Shown piece after piece: positions 29,335 to 38,356 of a DNA stretch of 64,000 nt. A model generated the notes under the pieces. That model was not told where the DNA came from. It was given only the letters and a program-made list of their open reading frames with translations, and ran no database searches. Position numbers and translations under genes: made by a program. Location: positions 12,162-76,161 of the forward strand of contig CAKJYW010000012.1 in the NCBI GenBank assembly GCA_918272565.1, in the 5' to 3' direction. Every line of letters starts with the position of its first letter. Within the stretch, counting starts at the first letter, position 1. The stretch is from Bacilli bacterium. GTDB taxonomy: Bacteria > Bacillota_I > Bacilli_A > ML615J-28 > CAG-698.

Positions 29335-31521
29335 ATGAAGAAATTTATTAAGTTTTTTATCTTGGTTTTATCTATCATTTGTTTAGTAACAATGATTGGT
29401 TGTGGCAATAATAGTGGATTTAATGGACCTGGTGGAGAGACTAATCCACCTAGTGGTGAGGTTAATCCACCTGGAGGAGATGGACCAGAAGTTGATCCTT
29501 CTCAAGGTGAAAAAGAAGAAAGCTTCGTTGTTGGGGAAGATACTGAGGGAACTGCTTTACAAGAAGATCCAACAGAAGAAGAATTAGAAAATCCATTTGG
29601 TGAAGAAGAAGTTGAAGTTCCTGAAGAGGGTAGTACTGAAGAATTAGTTATTAGCTGCTCTAGTGGAACAAAAGATGCTTACACTATCAAAGATGGTGTT
29701 ATTACATTTAGTGGAATAGAAGAAAAATCAGTTTATTCTATTAGCGGTGTATTTAATGGATGTATTGTAATTGATGTAGGTGAAGATTATAAGTTTGAAC
29801 TTGAGTTAACTGGTCTTACATTAGTAAGTGACATTTCTGCTCCACTTCAAATCTTAAGTGGTGATAAAGTGACAATTTCTGCAAAAAAAGGAACTGTCAA
29901 CTATATCTATGATAACAGAGAAGAAGTTACTAGCGATGATGACATCAGCGGTGCAATTTACGCTCTATGTGATTTAGATATTCAAGGAAAAGGGACTTTA
30001 AATGTTATTTCAAAGAATAACAATGGAATCCATACAAAAGATGATTTAAGTGTTAAAAACCTAACATTAAATGTCGATTGTAAAGATAATGCCTTAAAGG
30101 GAAATGATAGCGTAACTATTTCTAGTGGTGAGATTACTCTAATTGCAAGAAGCGGTGATGGAATTAAGACAAAGAATTCAGATGTTTCTAGTAAAGGCAA
30201 TCAAAGAGGAACAATTACAATTAGTGGAGGCAATATCACTATCTTTTCAGCAAGTGATGCTATCGATGCTAGTTACAATGTTATAATTAATGAAGAGAAT
30301 GCTAGCGTTAATCTAAATATTTATACTGATAAATATTCAAGCTATTCAGAAGAAGTTACTGCTGTTAGTACTAGTAAGTATTACATCAAAGCAACTAACA
30401 ATAATTACAATTACTCAGTTAAGTATTACAATACCGATGGTGAATATGTTTGGGCTAATGCCACTTTCTATAAAGCTATCCAATCTGGTAGATCTACTTA
30501 CTATTATTACACTGTAGAAAAGGTTGATGGATATAGCTATCTATATGTTTACATGTATGAAGATGGCCAAGAACAAGGTCAAGAAGATAGTTTCTATGCA
30601 AAATCAACTAACAAGAATGTTACTAATTATTATGACACAATTCAACTAAATTATAGAAACAGTCAACTAACTATTAGCTTTACTAATTTCACAACAGCTC
30701 AAGCAGGACCTGGTGGAATGATGGAAGGTAACAAAGACAAGAAGGACTTTTCAACAAAAGGTATTAAAGCTGATAATGAAATAGTAATTAGTGCAGGTAC
30801 TATAACTATTGAATCATATGATGATAGTATTCATGCTAATAACGATAATGAGTTAGAAAATGGAGAAACTCCAACTGGTAATATTACTATTACAGGAGGC
30901 ACAATTAACCTAAGAAGTAATGATGATGGAATCCATGCTGATGGTGTATTACTAATTGATGATGGTGTAATTAATATTACTAAATCATATGAAGGATTAG
31001 AAGGCGAATATGTTTATATCAATGGTGGAGAGATTAGTGTCGTTAGTAGTGATGATGGTGTTAATGGTAAATCAACATTAAAAGAAGCTGTCGTCATTAG
31101 CGGTGGAGAAATTTATATCTTTGCTAGTGGTGATGGAATTGATTCAAATAGCCAAGTAAGCTATGATGGAATCTTATTTAGTGGAGGTAGAGTTGTAGTT
31201 ATTTCAACAGGAAATGCTGACTCATCAATCGACAGTGAGCGTGGTTACAAGTACACTGGAGGATACGTTTTAGCAATCTGCAAGAGCGGTGGTATGGGTA
31301 ATGAATCAACTAAAGCTTCTAACTTTAGTAGCATTGGAAAGAGTCAAACAATGAGTTTAACTAGTGGAAGTTATCTAAATGCTTCTAACTATGTCACTCT
31401 AAAAATGCCTACTTCACTCAATGCTTTAGTTATATTCTTAGGTGATAAGAGCGTGTCACTATCAACATCTAGCTCAACAAGTGCTACTTTAAATAGCGTT
31501 GGAGTAGAGTGGTTCGAGTAA
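29335..31521 (+). CDS. secreted lipoprotein with Pro/Gly/Glu-rich linker and parallel beta-helix (Cthe_2159-like carbohydrate-binding) repeats
   Basis: Signal peptide with lipobox MIGCGNN; low-complexity NPPSGEVNPPGGDGPE; repeated DGI(H/D)...(I/V)(T/S)I(S/T)GG... units. Confidence 0.6.
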   Translation: MKKFIKFFILVLSIICLVTMIGCGNNSGFNGPGGETNPPSGEVNPPGGDGPEVDPSQGEKEESFVVGEDTEGTALQEDPTEEELENPFGEEEVEVPEEGSTEELVISCSSGTKDAYTIKDGVITFSGIEEKSVYSISGVFNGCIVIDVGEDYKFELELTGLTLVSDISAPLQILSGDKVTISAKKGTVNYIYDNREEVTSDDDISGAIYALCDLDIQGKGTLNVISKNNNGIHTKDDLSVKNLTLNVDCKDNALKGNDSVTISSGEITLIARSGDGIKTKNSDVSSKGNQRGTITISGGNITIFSASDAIDASYNVIINEENASVNLNIYTDKYSSYSEEVTAVSTSKYYIKATNNNYNYSVKYYNTDGEYVWANATFYKAIQSGRSTYYYYTVEKVDGYSYLYVYMYEDGQEQGQEDSFYAKSTNKNVTNYYDTIQLNYRNSQLTISFTNFTTAQAGPGGMMEGNKDKKDFSTKGIKADNEIVISAGTITIESYDDSIHANNDNELENGETPTGNITITGGTINLRSNDDGIHADGVLLIDDGVINITKSYEGLEGEYVYINGGEISVVSSDDGVNGKSTLKEAVVISGGEIYIFASGDGIDSNSQVSYDGILFSGGRVVVISTGNADSSIDSERGYKYTGGYVLAICKSGGMGNESTKASNFSSIGKSQTMSLTSGSYLNASNYVTLKMPTSLNALVIFLGDKSVSLSTSSSTSATLNSVGVEWFE

Positions 31522-31631
31522 TAAATATAGGAAAAATTCATTTAATAAGAGTGTTTTTTAGCACTCTTATTTTTGTTGACTTACAGGCTTTTCTTTGGTA
31601 TAATATCTAGAGTTTGTAAGGAGAAAAAAAT

Positions 31632-32627
31632 ATGGTATGGGCAATTTTACTATTTTTATTAGGATTTGTTTTACTTATTAAAGGTGGAGACTGGTTTGTT
31701 GACGGATCTGTTAATATCGCTAATAGGTTCCACTTACCAGAATTACTAATTGGTGCAACAGTTGTTTCTATTGGAACAACCCTACCTGAGGTAATGGTTT
31801 CCTCAACTGCCGCATTCCAAGGTCAAGCACAAACTGCATATGGAAATGCGATTGGTTCTGTTATTTGTAATACTGCACTAATAAGTGCCCTTACTATCGC
31901 TATTAGACCAACTAAAACTGAAAGAAAGACTCTTTTACTTCCAGTTGTTTCATTCTTTATTGCAGCAATATTCTATTGCTTAATAGCTTATTTAATTGGT
32001 GAATTCTCTCGTTGGACAGGTATTACACTACTAGTAATGTTTGTTATCTATATGTTTGTTTCAGTTAGATCAACTCTAAAGAATAAAAATAAAGTAGAAG
32101 AAGCTGAAGCAGCAGAAGAAAGTGAAGAAGGCGAAAAGAAAAAAGAAACTAAGCTATGGCTTGATATCGTATTATTGATTGTTGGGGCTGCGTTAATTGC
32201 AGTAGGAGCTAAATTACTTGTTGATAACGGAACAAAGATAGCTGCATGGCTAGGTGTTCCTGAATCTGTAATCGCTTTAACATTTATTGCTTTAGGAACT
32301 TCACTTCCTGAGCTTGTTACCGCAATCACATCACTAGTAAAAGGACACAGTAGCTTATCACTAGGAAATGTAATTGGTGCAAATTTATTTAATATAGTTT
32401 TAGTTTGTGGCACCGCAATCACAATTAGACCATTCAGTGTTCCTGTTGAAAAGACTTTCCTAGATACAGGCATCAGTTCATCATTTGTTATCGATATTCC
32501 TGTAATGATTGCTTCAATGCTAATACTAGCTGTTCCTTCAATTATTAAAGGAAAAATGTATCGTTGGCAAGGAATCGTATTATTAATATTATACGTTGCT
32601 TATTGTGTATATCAATTTGTATTATAA
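31632..32627 (+). CDS. calcium/sodium antiporter (CaCA family, YrbG-like)
   Basis: Two alpha-repeat motifs GTTLPEV... and GTSLPELVTA; acidic central loop. Confidence 0.85.
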   Translation: MVWAILLFLLGFVLLIKGGDWFVDGSVNIANRFHLPELLIGATVVSIGTTLPEVMVSSTAAFQGQAQTAYGNAIGSVICNTALISALTIAIRPTKTERKTLLLPVVSFFIAAIFYCLIAYLIGEFSRWTGITLLVMFVIYMFVSVRSTLKNKNKVEEAEAAEESEEGEKKKETKLWLDIVLLIVGAALIAVGAKLLVDNGTKIAAWLGVPESVIALTFIALGTSLPELVTAITSLVKGHSSLSLGNVIGANLFNIVLVCGTAITIRPFSVPVEKTFLDTGISSSFVIDIPVMIASMLILAVPSIIKGKMYRWQGIVLLILYVAYCVYQFVL

Positions 32628-32694
32628 AGCAGAATTTTTTCTGCTTTTTTACTTGGATAAAAAAGAAGAACTTAGTTAAAAGGAAGTGATTTCG

Positions 32695-34059
32695 TTGGAA
32701 AAAGAAAATAAAGTACACGGTTTATCATTAAGATTTTTAAATAGATTAATGATAATTGGTAGTACATTCATTTCCATAGCAATTATTATCATATTATTAT
32801 TACTGTCTAGTAATTATAAAAAGCTTAACGCATCAATCACTGATTATATGGAATTAGTAGATAGTGCAACCGAAGTAAAGAGTTCATCTGACTACATGAC
32901 TGAGCAGGTTAGAAACTATGTTATTAGTGGTAATATTTACAATTTGAATAATTACATTGCTGAATCTAATAGCGATGTTGAAGATAAAGCATTAGAAAAG
33001 ATTGGAAATTATTATGATTTTCATAATAGTGTTTATTACAATCTTTCTCAAGCTGTTAGCGAATCTAAAGCTTTAATGAATAAAGAATATTATGCGCTAA
33101 GACTAGCTTGTGATGTTTATGGAGTTGATTATACTTTATATACAAGATTAAAAGATGTTGAATTAATCGAAGAAGACAAATTATTAACACAAGAAGAAAA
33201 GAAAGAAAAAGCAATTAATCTTGTTTTTGATGCCGAATATGTTTTCTTTAAAGATGACATTAATCATGGTGTTAATGGAGCAATCAGTCAAATTAAATTA
33301 GATATCAATAGAAAGATTACAGCATCAAGCAAATCTTTAAATACTATTATCATCTTACAAAGGTTGCTTGTTGCTATATTAGTAGTGTTCTTATTCACTT
33401 TGTTTGTAGCTATTTATTTCTCAATTGTTAAACCTCTAAATAAAGGTGCTAATTTAATTAATGATGGAAAAGAATTAAAGATTGAGGGAATTAAGGAATA
33501 TAAGTTCTTATCAAACGCTTATAACAAGATGAGAAAAAGAGATAATGATAATAAAGAACTATTAACATATGAATTAGAGCATGATAAATTAACTACTCTA
33601 TACAATAGAACTGGTTATGATCTTGTTTATCACAATCTTAATTTAGAGGCAACTGCTTTTATCTTGATGGATATCGATGACTTTAAAGGCATTAATGATA
33701 AATATGGTCATGCCTTTGGTGATAAGGTTTTAAGAAAAGTTGGAGAGACTCTAAAAGAGAACTTTAGAGCTGACGATTACATTTGTAGAATCGGCGGAGA
33801 TGAGTTTGCGATACTACTTCCTAATTATGGAGTAGATAACACTCAAGTATTAATCGACAAATGTAAAAACGTAAATAAGACTTTAAGAACTGAAACTGAT
33901 GATATTCCTTCATTCACCTTAAGCATTGGAATTGCTTTTGGTGATGAATATGATGATACTGATACATTATTTAAAAAAGCTGATAGTGCTTTGTATGTTG
34001 TAAAGAATAACGGAAGAAATGGTATATCTCTATTTGGAGATAATACTATAGAGCGTTAA
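32695..34059 (+). CDS. GGDEF-domain diguanylate cyclase with N-terminal TM-flanked sensor domain
   Basis: RIGGDEF active site with RADD (RxxD) I-site; TTG 32695 is preferred (RBS AAAGGAAG 9 nt upstream), GTG 32686 is possible. Confidence 0.75.
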   Translation: MEKENKVHGLSLRFLNRLMIIGSTFISIAIIIILLLLSSNYKKLNASITDYMELVDSATEVKSSSDYMTEQVRNYVISGNIYNLNNYIAESNSDVEDKALEKIGNYYDFHNSVYYNLSQAVSESKALMNKEYYALRLACDVYGVDYTLYTRLKDVELIEEDKLLTQEEKKEKAINLVFDAEYVFFKDDINHGVNGAISQIKLDINRKITASSKSLNTIIILQRLLVAILVVFLFTLFVAIYFSIVKPLNKGANLINDGKELKIEGIKEYKFLSNAYNKMRKRDNDNKELLTYELEHDKLTTLYNRTGYDLVYHNLNLEATAFILMDIDDFKGINDKYGHAFGDKVLRKVGETLKENFRADDYICRIGGDEFAILLPNYGVDNTQVLIDKCKNVNKTLRTETDDIPSFTLSIGIAFGDEYDDTDTLFKKADSALYVVKNNGRNGISLFGDNTIER

Positions 34060-34063
34060 ACGC

Positions 34064-34092
34064 TTGATTATTTAAACAAAAAGTGGTATAAT
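34064..34092 (+). promoter_or_regulatory. sigma-A-type promoter of the S-box/metK transcript
   Basis: TTGATT, 17-nt spacer, TGgTATAAT extended -10. Confidence 0.55.
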
Positions 34093-34104
34093 ATAAATAC
34101 TTAA

Positions 34105-34215
34105 AAACTACTAGAAGATAACCATAGAGAGTGCGTTAGGGACAGCCCCTTTGACCGCACAGCAACCTATTCAAAAGAACAAGGTGCTAAAGGCTGAATG
34201 CGATGGGAAACATAA
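34105..34215 (+). promoter_or_regulatory. SAM-I (S-box) riboswitch
   Basis: Conserved blocks AGAGAGTGCGTTAGGGAC-AGCCCC, TTGACC (kink-turn GA), GCACAGCAACC and AAGGTGCTAAAGGCTGAATGC-ATGG match the S-box consensus (AGAGnGG.GGAGGGAcUGGCCC...GCAACC...GGUGCUAA). It precedes metK. Confidence 0.8.
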
Positions 34216-34218
34216 ATG

Positions 34219-34246
34219 AAACCATCCTTCGGGTGGTTTTTATTTA
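34219..34246 (+). terminator. S-box attenuator terminator
   Basis: AACCATCC-TTC-GGGTGGTT hairpin followed by TTTTTATTT. Confidence 0.75.
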
Positions 34247-34261
34247 TGAAAGGATAGGATT

Positions 34262-35356
34262 ATGGAAAAAATTTTAAGATTAATTACAAGTGAAAGTGTT
34301 AATATCGGTCATCCTGATAAGACTTGCGATACAATTAGTGATCGTTTCTTGGATGCCGCATTAAAAGAAGACCCTAACAGTCAAATGGCTGTTGAGTGTG
34401 CGATTAAAGATAACAAGCTATTTATTTATGGTGAAGCATCAACTCATGCTAATGTTGACTATGAAAAAATAGGTCGTGATACTTTAAAGTGGATAGGTTA
34501 TAAGAATGAATTCATCGTTTCTAAAGAAATAAGCATTCAAAGTCCTGACATTAATCAAGCTGTTGTGAAAGATGAACTATGTGCTAATGACCAAGGAATG
34601 GTTTATGGCTATGCGGTAAATGAAACAAAAGAATACATGCCTCTACCTATTACTTGTGCTCATAAACTAATGATGGCTTATGATAAATTTAGAAGGAAAG
34701 GTGACATTTATTATGCCGATGCTAAAAGTCAAGTGACTGTAGCATACCTTGATAAGACTCCTAGTTATATCGATACTGTATTAGTTAGTGTAAGTCACTC
34801 TAGAGAACTAGAACATGAAGAGATTTATGAGACAATCAAAAAAGAAGTAATTGACAAAGTGTTAGCCGAATATAAAGATTTAGTTAATGAAAAGACAAAA
34901 TACATTATCAACCCTAGTGGTAAGTTCACTATTTGGGGATCATTTAGTGATAGCGGATGTGTTGGTCGTAAGATTGTTGTTGACACATATGGTGGAGTAG
35001 GAAGAGTTGGTGGTGGATGCTTCTCAAGCAAGAATGCCACAAAAGTTGACCGTAGCGGCGCCTATTATGCAAGATACGTAGCTAAAAACATCGTAGCTCA
35101 TAATTATGCAGATGAAGTTGAAATTCAAGTTGCTTACGCTATTGGAAGAAGTGAACCTGTTAGTATTAACATCGAATGCTTTGGAACAAATAAAGTTACA
35201 TATAAAGAAATCTATGAATATGTTAATAAGAACTTCTCATTTACTCCAAATAACATGATTAATGAATTAGGATTACTTAGACCAATATTCTCTGAAACTG
35301 CATGCTTTGGACATTTTGGTAGAGACATCTTCCCATGGGAGAAAATTAAAGACTAA
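34262..35356 (+). CDS. metK: S-adenosylmethionine synthetase (methionine adenosyltransferase)
   Basis: SESVNIGHPDK, GGGCFSSKNATKVDRSGAYYARYVAKNIVA and other MetK signatures. Confidence 0.9.
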   Translation: MEKILRLITSESVNIGHPDKTCDTISDRFLDAALKEDPNSQMAVECAIKDNKLFIYGEASTHANVDYEKIGRDTLKWIGYKNEFIVSKEISIQSPDINQAVVKDELCANDQGMVYGYAVNETKEYMPLPITCAHKLMMAYDKFRRKGDIYYADAKSQVTVAYLDKTPSYIDTVLVSVSHSRELEHEEIYETIKKEVIDKVLAEYKDLVNEKTKYIINPSGKFTIWGSFSDSGCVGRKIVVDTYGGVGRVGGGCFSSKNATKVDRSGAYYARYVAKNIVAHNYADEVEIQVAYAIGRSEPVSINIECFGTNKVTYKEIYEYVNKNFSFTPNNMINELGLLRPIFSETACFGHFGRDIFPWEKIKD

Positions 35357-35414
35357 AAATTGACTTAATAAATACTAAGTGATAGAATATACTACTAGAT
35401 GGTGGTATATTTTT

Positions 35415-35491
35415 GGCCTGTTGGTGAAGCGGTTTAACACATAAGCCTCTCAAGCTTACATTCGCCAGTTCGAACCTGGTACAGGTCACCA
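35415..35491 (+). tRNA. tRNA-Glu (anticodon CUC)
   Basis: Acceptor GGCCTGT/ACAGGTC (one G-U), anticodon stem TAAGC/GCTTA with loop CTCTCAA, T-arm GCCAG-TTCGAAC-CTGGT, discriminator A plus encoded CCA. Confidence 0.7.
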
Positions 35492-35601
35492 TATAAAAAA
35501 ACAAGACCCTGGTGTTGTGATCATACAGCTACATTTTACTTACAATGTACAAAAACTATGATCACAACAAGGTCGCACAATTTAATATTCTATAAAGAAA
35601 A

Positions 35602-35627
35602 GCTCTGCGCTTATGCAGGGCCTTTTT
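35602..35627. terminator. conserved hairpin terminator, copy 1 (GCTCTGC-N6-GCAGGGC + T run)
   Basis: Stem GCTCTGC/GCAGGGC with flanking A-run and T-run. Confidence 0.6.
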
Positions 35628-35671
35628 CTAATTATATGGTATAATAAAAGCGACAAAGAAGGAGGTTTGTT

Positions 35672-36172
35672 ATGATAGATATTTCTAAATTGAGTCAACA
35701 ATATTCAGTTAGAGTTTTAAGTCCTAATGATGTTGATGAAATACTTGCCATTTGTAAAAGTAATAATTTATTCTACAAATACACTAATGCTAACCCCACC
35801 AAAGAAAATATTACAGAAGATATGAATATAACTCCTCCTAATGTTAATATTTGTGATAAATATTATGTTGGATTTTATCAAGAAGATCATCTAGTTGCAA
35901 TTCTTGATTTAATAGATGGATGGCCAGATGAAAAAATAGCGTACATAGGTTTCTTTATGATGAATCTTGATTTTCAAGGAAAAAACATCGGATCAACAAT
36001 TATTAAAGATATCATTAGTTATTTAAAACAAATTGGAAAAACAAAAGTTAGATTGGCAATAGATAAGGGTAATCCTCAATCATATCATTTTTGGAGAAAA
36101 AACGGTTTTAAAGTAATATATGAAAAAGATTTAGATGGTTGGACTAAAATGGTTGCTGAACTAGCACTTTAA
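35672..36172 (+). CDS. GNAT family N-acetyltransferase
   Basis: FQGKNIGSTIIKDIISYLK acetyl-CoA binding motif; strong RBS AAGGAGG. Confidence 0.75.
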   Translation: MIDISKLSQQYSVRVLSPNDVDEILAICKSNNLFYKYTNANPTKENITEDMNITPPNVNICDKYYVGFYQEDHLVAILDLIDGWPDEKIAYIGFFMMNLDFQGKNIGSTIIKDIISYLKQIGKTKVRLAIDKGNPQSYHFWRKNGFKVIYEKDLDGWTKMVAELAL

Positions 36173-36182
36173 AAAGATATAA

Positions 36183-36212
36183 GACTCTGCAAGCTATGCA
36201 GGGCTTTTTTTT
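36183..36212. terminator. conserved hairpin terminator, copy 2
   Basis: CTCTGCA-AGCTA-TGCAGGG then T8. Confidence 0.6.
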
Positions 36213-36248
36213 AAACAACAAAGTGTGCGTAAATACGTACGCTTTTTG

Positions 36249-36277
36249 TTGACAATAGAAAAATACAATGTTATAAT
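36249..36277 (+). promoter_or_regulatory. consensus sigma-A promoter for yefM-yoeB
   Basis: TTGACA, 17 nt, TATAAT. Confidence 0.6.
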
Positions 36278-36306
36278 AGAATTAATAAAGAGGAGGATTT
36301 ACTTTT

Positions 36307-36549
36307 ATGATGAATACTAATATTACAAATGCTCGTGCAGAATTGTATAAACTTGCTTCTAGCTGTATAAAGTATAACAACATTATTAATATTAATACAA
36401 AAGAAGGTAATGTTATTATGATGAGCGAAGAGGATTATAATAATTTAATTGAATCTTTATATTTGGCTGGTATTCCAGGAGTATACGAAAGTATAGAAGA
36501 AGGAGTAAAGACTCCAATTGAGGAATGTGTGAAAGTAGAATGGAAATAG
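36307..36549 (+). CDS. yefM: type II antitoxin, Phd/YefM family
   Basis: 80 aa; ARAELYKL...GNVIMMSEEDYNNLIESLYL signature. Confidence 0.8.
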   Translation: MMNTNITNARAELYKLASSCIKYNNIININTKEGNVIMMSEEDYNNLIESLYLAGIPGVYESIEEGVKTPIEECVKVEWK

Positions 36550-36803
36550 TATTCACTCACCAAGCAGCAAAAGATTTTGAAAAGATCAAACAAAATCCTA
36601 TTCTATTAAAGAAAGTTGTGGCACTACTTAGTTTGATCGAAGATAATCCTTTTGCTAAACCGCCAACATATGAGAAACTAATTGGTTTTGAATCAGTGTA
36701 TTCTAGAAGAATTAATCTTCAACATCGACTTGTTTATCAAGTGTATGAAGATAAAAAAGTAGTTAAGATTATTAGAATGTGGACACACTATGAGAACTTA
36801 TAG
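36540..36803 (+). CDS. yoeB: type II toxin, YoeB/Txe family mRNA interferase
   Basis: GFESVYSRRINLQHRLVYQVYEDKKVVKIIRMWTHY matches the YoeB C-terminus; ATG 36540 overlaps the yefM stop by 10 nt (alternative ATG at 36525). Confidence 0.8.
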   Translation: MEIVFTHQAAKDFEKIKQNPILLKKVVALLSLIEDNPFAKPPTYEKLIGFESVYSRRINLQHRLVYQVYEDKKVVKIIRMWTHYENL

Positions 36804-36813
36804 GAATAGTAAT

Positions 36814-37311
36814 ATGGATAAATATAAAATTATAAAATTTGATGAACATTTTTTTAATCAAACTGCTGAATTAATATCACTATTTCGTAATCAATTAAGA
36901 CAGTTTAAAGGTATTGATATTAAACCAGATATTGATTCAGCATCAAAAGAATTGATTAGTATTTCAAAAGATGAAAACTATCCTATTTATTTGTGCTTAG
37001 AAAATCAAATTGTTGTTGGATATATGATTCTTAAAATTGATGGAGTTATCTGGGTTGAACAAATATATGTGAAAGAATCATATCGAAGAAAGGGAGTTGC
37101 CTCTCTCTTATATAAAGAAGCTGAAACAATGTCTAGTAAAATTGGAGAAGAAACCTTATTCAATTGTGTTCATCCCAATAATGAAGCTATTATAAGCTTT
37201 TTAAAATCTAAGGGCTATACTGTATTGAATTTAATAGAAATAAGAAAACCATATAAAAATGAAAAATTAAATACAATTATAAAAGTTGGAAACAATGACT
37301 TTGATTATTAA
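36814..37311 (+). CDS. GNAT family N-acetyltransferase
   Basis: RRKGVASLLYKEAE acetyl-CoA motif. The start is uncertain (ATG 36814, or upstream in-frame codons from 36790). Confidence 0.7.
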   Translation: MDKYKIIKFDEHFFNQTAELISLFRNQLRQFKGIDIKPDIDSASKELISISKDENYPIYLCLENQIVVGYMILKIDGVIWVEQIYVKESYRRKGVASLLYKEAETMSSKIGEETLFNCVHPNNEAIISFLKSKGYTVLNLIEIRKPYKNEKLNTIIKVGNNDFDY

Positions 37312-37331
37312 ATCATTAAATAATAGAAAAA

Positions 37332-37360
37332 AGCTCTGCAAATACTGCAGGGCCTTTTTT
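37332..37360. terminator. conserved hairpin terminator, copy 3 (bidirectional; shared with convergent LysR gene)
   Basis: GCTCTGCA-AATAC-TGCAGGGC flanked by A6 and T7. Confidence 0.65.
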
Positions 37361-38235
37361 TACATATATGTTTTAACATGATCAATGAATGCTTCATCTA
37401 TTAATGATAGTGGTTTTCCTTTTAACCACACAAATAAGTATTCAATATTACGCTCTGGATTAACAACTTCTTTAACAATGATGTCTTTATTAGAGATGTA
37501 TGATGTTTTTGGGAACAAGCTAACACCGATATTATGGCCAGATAATGCAGCTACATCCAAATAGTTATCCATCTTACAAATGATGTTTGGCTTTGCTCCT
37601 ATTTCTTTAAACCATTTATTAATCATTACATTGATTGATTCTCTACTTGGTACTATTAGTGGTTGGTCTTTTAGTAAGCCTAAATCAATTGTACTACCTT
37701 CTAGATTAGCTAGAGGGTTATTGATGCTCATAAAAGCTGTCATACGTTCACTGCCGACACTAAAGCTATTTAGTAAAGTGTTATCACATGGTGCTGTAAT
37801 AACTGCTAGGTTAATAAGTCCACTACGAAGCTTTTGAATTAATTCATCGCTATTACCATCGATGATAGAGAAGTGGACGTTTTTGTTTTTAGAATAGAAT
37901 GTTTCAATCCACTTTGCGGCAATATTAGGTGCAGACCCTTCTACAAGCCCAATGTAGATTGTTCCAGTCATTCCTTCGTTCATCGCTTTGACTTCATTTT
38001 TAGCTTTGTTTGCTAAAAGTAAAATCTCTTTAGCGTGACGATATAATAATTTACCAGACTCAGTTAATTGTAAAGAACGCTTACCTCTAATAAATAGGGT
38101 TGTTTCTAATTCTTTTTCTAAAGAATGAATTTGCGCACTAAGCGGTGGTTGGCTAATATTTAGTTTTAAAGCGGCTTTAGTTATATTTAATTCTTCTGCA
38201 ACCGTAACAAAGTAAGAAAGTGTACGAATATCCAT
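37360..38235 (-). CDS. LysR family transcriptional regulator
   Basis: N-terminal HTH MDIRTLSYFVTVAEELNITKAALKLNISQPPLS; 291 aa; divergent from the GS III gene. Confidence 0.85.
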   Translation of the reverse strand: MDIRTLSYFVTVAEELNITKAALKLNISQPPLSAQIHSLEKELETTLFIRGKRSLQLTESGKLLYRHAKEILLLANKAKNEVKAMNEGMTGTIYIGLVEGSAPNIAAKWIETFYSKNKNVHFSIIDGNSDELIQKLRSGLINLAVITAPCDNTLLNSFSVGSERMTAFMSINNPLANLEGSTIDLGLLKDQPLIVPSRESINVMINKWFKEIGAKPNIICKMDNYLDVAALSGHNIGVSLFPKTSYISNKDIIVKEVVNPERNIEYLFVWLKGKPLSLIDEAFIDHVKTYM

Positions 38236-38256
38236 AAAAATCTCCTTAAAATTACC

Positions 38257-38271
38257 ATACGAAAAAAGTAT
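38257..38271. promoter_or_regulatory. LysR-type box ATAC-N7-GTAT in divergent intergenic region
   Basis: Palindrome ATACGAAAAAAGTAT 20 bp upstream of the LysR start codon. Confidence 0.4.
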
Positions 38272-38356
38272 GATTACTATAATATTATATGTATTTTATT
38301 TTATAATTTCAAGGGAATATAATTATAGTATGTTTATTTTATAAGGAGGAAGAAAA

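Noticed and set aside
35600-37360. Interpretation of the three conserved hairpins as integron attC sites
   Set aside because: No integrase and no R''/L''-L'/R' core sites (GTTRRRY / RYYYAAC) at hairpin boundaries. The stems are short with T-runs typical of intrinsic terminators. Kept only as a repeat-family observation.
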